From: Eledone cirrhosa
Lineage: Eukaryota
Length of the DNA stretch: 64,000 bases
Assembly: GCA_964016885.1 (NCBI GenBank)
Contig: OZ024741.1
Coordinates: 334,986,001-335,050,000 of the forward strand
Direction: 5' to 3'
The position numbers were made by a program, and so were the translations under genes. The notes under the pieces were generated by a model. It was not told where the DNA came from. It was given only the letters and a program-made list of their open reading frames with translations, and searched no databases. Positions 53,934 through 64,000 of this stretch are shown in pieces (the stretch's first letter is position 1; each line of letters starts with the position of its first letter).

Positions 53934-54121
53934 GTAATTGTTTCTACTTTTGGCACAAGGCCAGCAATTACCCAGTGCATTACTGGTACTTTATTTTATC
54001 GACTCCGTAAGGATGAAAGGCAAAGTCAACCTCGGCGGGATTTGAACTCAGATCGTAAAGGGACATAACTATGCTGGAAAGCATGGCGTCCGACCCTCTA
54101 CTGATACTGCCAATCCACCGC
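53934..54121 (-). mobile_element. SINE family A
   Basis: Reverse complement of the consensus. Confidence 0.87.
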
Positions 54122-54161
54122 TGGTAGTTAAGACGGGATTAAATCACTATAATTGTTTATT

Positions 54162-54212
54162 GCATGATATATATTTCTGTTACATAGTTATTCATGTGAC
54201 TTCATCAGATGC
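54162..54212 (-). ncRNA. Type I hammerhead ribozyme
   Basis: Minus strand: GCAT-CTGATGA-aGTCACAT(gaataact)ATGTAACa-GAA-ATATATAT-C-ATGC, with an AUC triplet, palindromic stem III and a 4-bp stem I. Confidence 0.7.
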
Positions 54213-56069
54213 TTATGCAATCATAGGTGCAATTATGCAATCATTGTGATATGCTGGTGGCCATGAACATCTATCCAGTAGTGAAGTGGGTCAGCATATG
54301 AATCTTCTGTTAATTTCTGGAGAACTTAACTGCACCTAGAAACAATATTGTAAATAATCGATAGTTTTCCAACTGGACAGATTTTACAGGCCAAACCAAC
54401 CAGGAGGAGACCCACAGGGGTAGACCCTGAGTAAGATCGTTGGATAACATCCATGACCTCAGCTGTTTTTGCTTGGGGGATCCAGTTGGATCAATTGGAG
54501 ACAGTTGCTTCTGACAGGAATCGCTGGAAGGAGTGTTTGAGGTTCATGACCCTCCAAGAAGTAAGTGGATGAAGAAGAAAAAAAAGGAGGATCAATAGTT
54601 GGAAGAATCTTGAATATTTAACCATATTATTAAACCAGCATTGATTACATATCTTAACAAAGATATTCTTCTATAATATTACTTTTTATTTAAATATAAA
54701 TAGTTTAAAATGAGAGGTTTCTCGTGAGAGAGTTGGGGCTAGTTTTTGGTATCAAAAGGGTTAATGGTTTATCCAGCCCTGAGTAGATTGATGTCTCTAC
54801 ATATTCAATTTTTTTTGGACTTTGGCCATTCTGGGGCATTACCTTCCATTGCTTATCCAACCAATACTTTATATCTATCTAGTCCTGATTCTGTTGGTCT
54901 ATATTTATTTAATGGCTAAGTGACTTTGTTGACACAACATTATATTTTATAATTTCAAAAAGTAAACGCAGACACTCAAATGCAATTATGTGTGTGTGTA
55001 TGTGTGAGTATATATATATATATACATATATATACATGTATATGTATATATATAAGAAGAAACAGGGGCTGTATAGTTGCTGGATAAGGTGTACTTATAA
55101 ATAAGAGGAAAGCATGAACGAGAGAAGATTTTCCTTCATCAGTTGTCTCCTGGGGGTCATGGATATATATATAAAAAGTTGACATAAAGGCGATGATGAT
55201 GATGATGATGATATATATATATATATTTATATATATCATGATCATCATCACCTTTATGTCAACTTTTCCATGCTGGCATGGGTTGGATGAGATTTTTTGA
55301 GGCAATGCTCTCCTGCCAGACAGTTGGATTACACATAATGTACATCATCATCATCATCATCATCATCATTTTATGTCTGCTTTTCCCTGCTTGCAAGGGT
55401 GGGACGGGAACTGATTCTGGCTTGATTTCTACAGCTGGATGCCCTTCCTAACACCAACCTCATTTACAGTGAGTGCTGGGTGCTTTTTTTGCCGTGGCAC
55501 CTCCACGACCACTTTGGAGTGGAATGATAGAGACCCCAGTCCCTATCATCTCATTTCTACAGCTGAGTAAACAATTGTTTGGAAAGAGAGATATACTTTA
55601 ACTTTAATTATATCTCATAAAATAATACAACTGGTTTTTCCACATTATACATATTGTTAGCACCCCAAACACTTAAATTGGGTTTATATTTAAATATAAC
55701 CTAATGTTTGTTGAGTGAGATGGTTACCAGTCAGAGTTTAGCTTTAAACTATCTCTGTTATTGTATTAAATATATATATATATATATTAGAAAGTGAGGT
55801 TGTTTTACAAAATGAAAAAAAACGAGGTGTCCTACACGAGTGAAAGTATAAGGAAAAAAGATAAAATCGAAAATGCAACTGGTGTCTTTTTTTAAAAAAT
55901 ATATTTATTTGTTTCCTTTACTGGTTTTGCAGTTCTTGTGCTTTTCAAAAGTAGAATTGAGATGGAGGGTTTGTGGTTTTTCTCACATCTATATATATAT
56001 ATAATGGATTTCAAGAATCTATGGGTGTATCTAAATGAGTGTATGCATATGTGCTAATATATACTTAAA

Positions 56070-56362
56070 TGTTAATAAGAGAAATAAACTGTATTGTGCA
56101 GGAGAGAAAACTGTGTTGGTATGGCCATGTGATGCGCATGGAAGATGACTGCTGGGTGAAGAAGTGTCAAGTAATCCCGGTGGAAGGAAGACGTAGTAGA
56201 GGAAGACCACAAAAAACATGGGTGGAGGTGGTGAGAGATGACCTCAGATCACTGAAGATCACAGAGGAGATGATGAAGGACCATGACAAATGGCGAGATG
56301 CTGTGCTGAAGAGGACATGTCCCACCCTTGCAAGCAAGGAAAAGCAGACGTAAAATGATGAT
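56070..56362 (+). mobile_element. RTE LINE 3' fragment (different subfamily)
   Basis: ORF 56069-56353 reads ERKLCWYGHVMRMEDDCWVKKC...GRPQKTW, followed by tail CCCACCCTTGCAAGC...GACGTAAAATGATG. Confidence 0.85.
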
Positions 56363-57171
56363 GCTTGCAAGGGTGGGACGGGAAATGATTCTGGCTTCAT
56401 TTCTACAGCTGGATGCCCTTCCTAACACCAACCTCATTTACAGTGAGTGCTGGGTGCTTTTTTGTCGTGGCAGCTCCACGACCACTTTACAGTGGAATGA
56501 TAGGGACCCAAGTCCCTATCATCTCATTTCTACAGCTGAGTAAACTGGAGCAATGTGAAATAAAGTGTCTTGCTCAAGGAAACAACACATCACCCTGTCT
56601 GAGAATTGATATGTGTATATATATTATCATCATCATCATTATCATTTCAGATCTGTTTTCTCTCCTAACAATGGCAGACGTCATAGTTTCTATTCACCAA
56701 GTTCTACTCACTTTGTATTTACCAACCTACATGGATTATATAAAGAATTTTTTTTTCAGTTGTGCCTATGCAGGAAAATAGGTTAGAAAATATATTCCAG
56801 GTTTTCATGCTATCAATGGAAAGGTTAGTCAATATAGTATCATTCCATGGTTTTTGATCCAATGACTAAACCACTTACTTTGGAAATCCAAAGGATTATG
56901 GCAAGGAGCTTCTAATGTGGCTGTAAAGCTGCCTTAACAATCGCTCCATCAAAGTCAACATTCCAGATCATTCCTTAGTCTCTTTCAGCCCATCTCTACC
57001 ACATGAATCTTTCAACATTCAATTCACATTACGTTTACTCTATGATCTTTCATTGATTTCCATCACTGTCGAGACCAGAGTAATTCTACTTTTCTACTTG
57101 CAACAATTAATGACTTTCATATTTCTACTACTTTTTAAACACACTTTTACTCAACTCTTTTCTATAGTTAG

Positions 57172-58668
57172 CATTACACATCTAACACATTACACATCTA
57201 ACACATTACACATCTAACACATTACACATCCAACACATTACACATCTAACACATTACACAACCAACACATTACACATCTAACACATTACATATCTAACAC
57301 ACTACACATCTAACACATTACACATCTAACACATTACACAACCAACACATTACACATCTAACACATTATACAACCAACACATTACACATCTAACACATTA
57401 CACATCTAACACATTACACATCTAACACATTATACATCTAACACATTACACATCCAACACATTACACATCTAACACATTACACATCCAACACATTACACA
57501 TCTAACACATTACACATCTAACACATTACACATCCAACACATTACACATCTAACACATTACACATCTAACACATTACACAACCAACACATTCAATATCTA
57601 ACACATTACACATCTAACACATTACACATCCAACACAATACACATCCAACACATTACACATCTAACACATTACACATCCAACACATTACACATCTAACAC
57701 ATTACACAACAAACATATTACACAACCAACACATTACACATCCAATACATTACACATCCAACACATTACACATCTAACACATTACACAACCAATACATTA
57801 CACATCTAACACATTACACATCCAACACATTACACAACCAACACATTACACATCCAACACATTATACATCCAACACATTACACATGCAACACATTACACA
57901 TCCAACACATTACACAACCAACACATTACACATCCAACACATTACATAACCAACACATTACACATCCAACACATTATACATCCAACACATTACACATGCA
58001 ACACATTACACATCCAACACATTACACAACCAACACATTACACATCCAACACATTATACATCCAACACATTACACATGCAACACATTACACATCCAACAC
58101 ATTACACAACCAACACATTACACATCCAACACATTACATAACCAACACATTACACATCCAACACATTACACAACCAACACATTACACAACCAACACATCC
58201 AACACATTACACAACCAACACATTACACAACCAACACATTACACAACCAACACATTACACATCCAACACATTACACAACCAACACATTACACAACCAACA
58301 TATTACACAACTAACACATTTCACATTCAACACATTACACAACCAACACATTACACATCTAACACATTACACATCCAACACATTACACAACCAACACATT
58401 ACACATCTAACACATTACACATCCAACACATTACACATCTAACACATTACACATCCAACATATTACACAACCAACACATTACACATCCAACACATTACAC
58501 AACCAACACATTACACATCCAACACATTACACAACCAACACATTACACAACCAGCACATTACATAACCAACACATTGCACAACCAACACAATACACAACC
58601 AACACATTACACAACCAACACATTACACATCCGACACATTACATTATACATTCAACACATTACACAGA
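57172..58668. repeat. 16-bp minisatellite (ACACATTACACATCYA), about 90 units
   Basis: Direct tandem units with variant ends TCTA, TCCA, ACCA and TGCA. Confidence 0.95.
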
Positions 58669-59140
58669 CAACATTTGGTAATTTTTCTATGACTGGATGC
58701 CCTTCCTATTACTAACCATCAACTACTTTACAAGATGTAGTGGGTTGTATTTTATTGTCACCAATGTCAGAGAGATTGTTGTGTCTTTGATACAACTAAA
58801 GATTCATCTTAGCCAGTTTTTGGCATAATCTTTACAGCTGGATGCCCGTCTTTGTATTATTAAAAGTTAATATATAAATTAGACATAGTAACAGTGAGGT
58901 TAAGTTGCTTGACTTACTAGTTGAATGTGTGGATCCCATGAGCACAACTTTGATAAATAATAATGCTTGCTCCAGTTTGACTGTGTGACATAAAATAGAC
59001 ATAAAACAGATTTTTCTTACCTTGCCTTCTGGTTGATTTAAGAGGAGTAGGAAGAGAGTCCTGTTGTAAAATCAATTGCTTCAACAAAACCCAACAAATC
59101 AATGCAAGAATAAAAGACTCTTTGTAAGGCAACAATATAT

Positions 59141-59330
59141 AATAATTGTTTTTACTCTTGGCACAAGGCCAGCAATTATACCAGTGTATTACTGGTACTT
59201 TATTTCATCGACCCCATAAGGATGACAGGCAAAGTTAACCTTGGTGGGATTTGAACTCAGACCGTAAAGATGTGTAACTCTATGCTGCAAAGCATGGTGT
59301 CCGGCCCTCTACTGATACTGCCAATCCACC
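59141..59330 (-). mobile_element. SINE family A
   Basis: Reverse complement of the consensus. Further diverged or partial copies lie near 1921-2110, 6040-6380, 11740-11920, 17750-17900, 22410-22540, 32100-32210 and 59850-60012. Confidence 0.8.
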
Positions 59331-60029
59331 AATAATGACCATCAGTTGCCTTTATTTGAACCTAACTAACTCTACACCAATTGCATATAATCCACAAAAT
59401 CAAACACAACTCAGCAAACTACAATGAACCTCCACTCATCTGCTCAAAGCATGAAGTAAAATTTTGAAACATCTATCAAAAGTGCACCATAACCCTTTCA
59501 GCAAAACAGCAATGAACCTGCAGTAATTACTGGTATGGATACAATGGATGTCATCAGGCTGCTGCTATATTACATACTTTCTATAGTGGTCCTACATGTA
59601 TACATATCTATGCCACTGTTTGTATGTATTTATCCATAAACATAAGTTGGTCTATGAATGGCCCCTTGCTTTTCAAATTTGTAGCCCATTTTAATTTTTC
59701 TGAGTGTGAGTATTATAGGTATAAGTGCTATAACAAATAGTAATGGTGTGAATGAGTCCCCTTGGAAGATAGTTCATTTTTATTTCTACTTCTTCCAGAA
59801 AGAGGTTGCTTGAGTATATCTTAGTTATTATTAGTATTTGCAACAAAGAGTTTCGGCTCTTTATGTTCTGAGTTCAAATCCCACAAAGATTAGCTTTGCT
59901 TTTCATCCTTAGGGAGTTGATAAAATAAAGTACCAGTAATACACTGGGGGCGATTTAATCAAATTTCCTCTCCCCAAAATTGTTGGTCTTGTGCCTAAAT
60001 CAGAAACCATTATTATTATTATTATTATT

Positions 60030-61130
60030 TGAAACTTCCTTTGAATTCTGCTTCTCACCCAAATCATGCCAAGTGTCAACCTGACACCTGCAGCAAAATT
60101 TGATAATACATGCATTTTACAATTACTTTCATACAAATGTTGCCACACAGGCACAAACTACAGTAGATGTCTTTTCAAGGTTTTTAAATTGAGAATACCC
60201 TTTTCAGGACATGGGCAGTGCAAGTTAACACTAATTTCTGTATCTCTTGCAGAGATGGCTTGCCAAGTATCTGGTCCAAATATTTTTCCATTCCTTTTTT
60301 TATCATTCCAAGTGTGCCAACTATCACTGGTGTATTGTACAGCCCTTAAGATGCCACATTTTCTCAATTTCAATTGATAGACCTTTATACTTACTGAGCT
60401 TTCCGAACTCGTTTAAGGAGATTTTATGATCTGATGGAATGTTCATATTATTATCATATGTTTCTTGGTTCAGCTTGCATAGGGTCTATCTTCTTTATTG
60501 CAAATAAGATTCCTATTGTCCTCCTGTAACCTAACCTTTATTCTGTCGTACATAGCCTTCTGTTCACCTGTCATGTTTACATTAATTTCATTGTCATTCA
60601 TACCATCTATATTTCTCTCACCAGACAGACCATCTCTTTCCTGTTTTTGTGGGTTACCAGAAATCTCTTTACCCTTGTCCTCTGCTTTACCCTTGTCCTC
60701 AGTAAGACCTGCATCTTCACCATTTATTACACTGTTGTTTCCTGATACCTGTCTTTTGATAACTTCCAATTCTATTTCTGTCAACCAGCAATTTTTCTTA
60801 TTGCTCTGACTTGGTCACATAACCTCTGCTCAGTGAGTTGAAACAAGCCTCTTTCTCTTCAATTTGTATGCATTCGTTGTAGGTATCCTTTGATAGGGAC
60901 CCCATTTTCATTTATAGTATTGCTCAAGTGGTAACACACCACGACCACAACATTTACTTGTTTATTCCACCTCTGGCTTGGTTGCTGGTCCATTGTTGAA
61001 TAACAACCTGCTGGAGCCAGACCAGGTACTTCAAGTCTGCCAGGCATGATACCTCCACCATTGATGGTTCCAGTCCCATTAATGTCATTGTTCTCAAAAG
61101 TATTTTGATTTAACATAATCATTCATATAA
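60030..61130 (-). mobile_element. R4/Dong-like non-LTR element, internally deleted
   Basis: The N-terminal block (RWNKQVN..CY...GYLQRM...[25 protein letters not shown]) is joined near 60470 to a restriction-like endonuclease C-terminus (IPSDHKISLNEFGKLSKY..EIEKMW..VIVGTLG). The 3' end abuts (TTA)n. Confidence 0.75.
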
Positions 61131-61380
61131 GGTAGAAAAAAATGTATTTAACATATGATTATTAGGTTGTGCAACTACCAGTGTTGTTTTTGTCACACCA
61201 TTACTATTGTTATTATCATAAGGAGATCCTTATCACCATCATCACCATCAAACTCATTACCACCATCACCATCCCTACCCTTATTATTACCACCATTATT
61301 GTAAACAACTTTTTCTTGGGAGAAAATATATGAAAATATATCTGCTACTTTGAGTGAAGATTTATATTATTATTATTATC

Positions 61381-62270
61381 ACCTTGGCATTCTATAGAGG
61401 ATTAGTGGAGGGGAAGAGCGACAACGTACTTGGGAAAACTCTAGGCAACGACGAAAATAAACTAGCCAATCTCTTCGGAAGAACTTTCGGGCCGGGGCCT
61501 ATGGACAATTTCCAGAAATCCCTGGCCTGGCAGTGTTACCAAGGAGCTTTGCCAGTTCAGGATAAACTCTACAGGCATGGAAGTGCTGTCAGCCGGGCAT
61601 GTCCGAGATGTGCACAGGGTGACAAAATCGTCCTGCATGCACTCATCCAGTGTCTGAGTATTGCTGACTTGTGGGTTTATGTCGAACACCTGCTGTCATG
61701 TGTAGAACGGATCCGGCTATCAGCTGAGTCCATCGTGAGGATTACCCCGCCCTCTTCCTTTAGCCGGGAAGGGCAGGCAGTTATAATCTGTCTGGTGGCC
61801 ATGGCGAAAGAGATAGTATGGTGGACGCATCTGAAAGGGCTGAAGATGAGCACTTACCTCTTCAGTGATGCTCTGATTAACTTTTTCAAATTTCATTTGA
61901 AAAGGAAAATCAGGGTAGAGAGAGAAGTGCTCTCTTCCCAGCATTTGTTGAAAGATGGGTGAGAGAGGCAAGAATGGCCCGAGTGAATGGACCTACTCTG
62001 AGTATGTGCCTGTAAATTGAAGGTGGAGAACTGGGAGAGGACACTTGCCCTGGTGGTCAGGGTCACCGTGGCTCTTTTTTAATGGGCTGTCTCCACGATG
62101 GCCCTCGAAAGTCTCACCCCTATTGGGGAATTTTTCATTGTTTTTTTTTGTTACATCCTCTGTTTTTTGGTTTTTTTACACGCAGAAATGCCCATTTGAA
62201 CCGTCCTGTATTGTCCTGTACTGTCCTTAATGTCTACTTTGTGTAAACCCTTGTGGTTAATAAAGAAAGC
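61381..62270 (+). mobile_element. Tx1/L1-like LINE 3' fragment (zf-RVT domain)
   Basis: ORF 61354-61962 has W...ALPV...CPRC....VLHALIQC...W (C-terminal CCHC region). The 3' UTR ends in CCCTTGTGGTTAATAAA next to (ATT)n. Confidence 0.8.
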
Positions 62271-62292
62271 ATTATTATTATTATTATTATTG

Positions 62293-62618
62293 TTCTTTGA
62301 GTCTCAGTCATTGATGTTATTTAACTGGAAAGTTTGTTGAAATGAATATCAAGCCGCTACCTGCAGCCTCAGATATTCAGGACGTATCGGAGGGTTCTTG
62401 CTGTTCCCAGCAACCATGCCTTTAGAAGTGTTCCAAAAAGCGGGGCGGGACCAATTTTCTTTAACCATCCTTGGAAACTCTCTGAGATAGTACCTAGTGC
62501 GCCTATGACAATCGGGACCACTTTGACTTCATGGCAGTTCCAAATCCTTTTTACCTCCCACTTTAAGTCCTGGTATCGGTTAATTTTCTTCCTCTCCTTC
62601 TCTTGCACTCTTGTGTCG
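62293..62618 (-). mobile_element. R4/Dong-like element 3' fragment
   Basis: ORF 62369-62608 (KERKKINRYQDLKWEVKRIW..VVPIVIGALG...LLGTARTLR) is a REL-endonuclease C-terminus. It is flanked on both sides by (TTA)n. Confidence 0.85.
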
Positions 62619-62669
<51 letters not shown>

Positions 62670-62673
62670 TCAG
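62619..62673 (+). promoter_or_regulatory. Probable 3' splice acceptor of the protocadherin ATG-containing exon
   Basis: (ATT)n tract ending in TTTCAG|ATT (AG at 62672-62673), 78 nt upstream of the ATG. This implies non-coding 5' exon(s) further upstream. Confidence 0.6.
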
Positions 62674-62751
62674 ATTTAGCTGATCTTTCTACAAGAATTC
62701 ACTTCAAAATCAAGACCTTCAGTGACGTTCAAGTTAATATTTGTTGCCAAA

Positions 62752-64000
62752 ATGTTTGTCAAAGTGTTTGAATTGTTACTTCTGCTACACATCTGTTATG
62801 GTGTCGATTTTATCTATTATGTTAAAGAAAATAAAACACCAAATACTTATCTCGGAAATATTGGTGTTGATACTCACATGATAGATTCTGTTCCCTCAAA
62901 TGAACAATACCTTGTCAGGTATAGTCAACTGCAACAGGAGACCAACAATAATTCACAACTATTTAATGTTACAAGTGATGGAAAGCTGTACACAGCAAAG
63001 ACTCTTGATGCAGAGTCGCTATGTAAATATAATACGGAATGTTTTGAAACTGTAGATATTGCTGTACGTAAAGGAAAGTCTTTTGTTAGAATCCTTGAAA
63101 TTAAGGTAGTTATTGAGGACATCAATGACAATCAACCTGAATTTGAAGACAAAGAAATTAGTCTTCAGTTTTATGAAACTGATGGTAAAGGAACCACAAG
63201 ATCAATACCAAATGCTATTGACAGAGATGTTAGTGTGAAAAATTCCCAGATAATCTATGAGTTGATAAAAAACATGGATGATCCATTTAGCTTAGTAGTT
63301 TCCAAAAGAGTTGATGGTTCATCAAATCTTATGATTACTTTAGAAAATAAATTGGATAGGGAAATAAAAGACAAGTATTTACTTCAAGTTATTGCTAAAA
63401 ATGGTGGTTCCAGAGGAAGGAATGGAAATTTGAGTGTTCAGATATTTGTTACCGATGTCAACGATAATAGACCTGTTTTCTCACAGAAAGTCTATAATAT
63501 TACTATAAATAATGGACATCGAAAAAATGTATTAGTTCTTACTTTATCTGCAAAAGATTTCGATTCTGGTAGAAATGGTAAAATATCTTATCATTTTAGC
63601 TCAAAAACGTCCAACATAGCAAAATCTTACTTTCAGTTAAATCAACTAACTGGAGAAATTTTTCTGAACGAGAAGTTTAAACCAGAGGAGAAAAAAACAT
63701 ACAAGTTATTCATTGAAGCTCGAGATGGAGGCAGCCCTCCAATGAGTTCAATCACAACTGTCCTGGTGAATGTTATCAACCAAGAAAATAACCCACCAAA
63801 ATTAGATGTAAAGTTCTCAGAATCTACAGGAAAAACTGCCTCCATTTCTGAAGGAATGGAAGTTGGCAGCTTCATTGCATATGTAAAAGTTGTTGACAAT
63901 GATATTGGTCTGAATGGTCAGGTAACTTGTGATCTGCAACATGATAAACTGCAATTGCAGAGTCTTAGTAAGAAAAAATATAAAGTTATTGTGAAAAATC
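62752..64000 (+). CDS. Pcdh: Protocadherin (cephalopod-type), first coding exon, 3'-partial: signal peptide, EC1-EC3 and start of EC4
   Basis: Manual translation gives 416 stop-free codons: MFVKVFELLLLLHICYG (signal peptide), VDFIYYVKE...LDAESLCKYNTEC (EC1 Cys-X5-Cys typical of protocadherins)...EDINDNQPEF...AIDRD...LDRE...TDVNDNRPVF...AKDFDSGRNG...ARDGGSPP...VVDNDIGLNG. The symbol is family-level only. Confidence 0.96.
   Translation, partial: MFVKVFELLLLLHICYGVDFIYYVKENKTPNTYLGNIGVDTHMIDSVPSNEQYLVRYSQLQQETNNNSQLFNVTSDGKLYTAKTLDAESLCKYNTECFETVDIAVRKGKSFVRILEIKVVIEDINDNQPEFEDKEISLQFYETDGKGTTRSIPNAIDRDVSVKNSQIIYELIKNMDDPFSLVVSKRVDGSSNLMITLENKLDREIKDKYLLQVIAKNGGSRGRNGNLSVQIFVTDVNDNRPVFSQKVYNITINNGHRKNVLVLTLSAKDFDSGRNGKISYHFSSKTSNIAKSYFQLNQLTGEIFLNEKFKPEEKKTYKLFIEARDGGSPPMSSITTVLVNVINQENNPPKLDVKFSESTGKTASISEGMEVGSFIAYVKVVDNDIGLNGQVTCDLQHDKLQLQSLSKKKYKVIVKN

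Noticed and set aside
56641-56660. ATTTCAG|ATCT acceptor look-alike resembling the one at 62673
   Set aside because: No cadherin-like or other open frame follows, and no matching donor was found.
57172-58668. Array that could be mistaken for CRISPR or a repeat protein (ORF 57996-58442)
   Set aside because: Contiguous 16-bp units with no spacers, in a eukaryotic context. The unit length is not a multiple of 3.
61354-61962. 202-aa ORF with a hydrophobic start just upstream of the protocadherin
   Set aside because: The start is an (ATT)n tract and the rest is a Tx1/L1 zf-RVT C-terminus. It is not a host exon.
62925-63899. Minus-strand ORFs 62925-63131 and 63642-63899
   Set aside because: Antisense shadows of the protocadherin frame.

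Overview
This is AT-rich, microsatellite-saturated eukaryotic DNA, most likely from a coleoid cephalopod (octopus). That assignment is inferred from the repeat landscape and the gene family. The only host coding region I can support is the first large coding exon of a protocadherin (ATG 62752, + strand). It is open for 416 codons and runs off the window end, so the ORF track misses it. The preceding ~62 kb is intergenic or 5'-UTR intron. It is filled with RTE LINEs (RT with an embedded PHD-like finger), two tRNA-derived SINE families, R4/Dong-like and Tx1-like LINE pieces in (TAA)n tracts, a Penelope-like GIY-YIG fragment, non-autonomous Helitron-like elements, and mini- and microsatellites. 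The most striking hidden signal is a set of minimal type I hammerhead ribozyme (HHR) motifs with palindromic stem III: about seven intact or near-intact plus several decayed. They sit in short non-coding, often fold-back elements, include a tandem pair spaced 173 nt apart, and lie almost all antisense to the protocadherin. This looks like a Penelope-dependent, retrozyme-like family. The protocadherin also has a Ca2+-site Asn (AAT) that one A-to-I edit would restore to the canonical Asp. All coordinates were read by eye and may be off by a few bases, more at diverged repeat edges.
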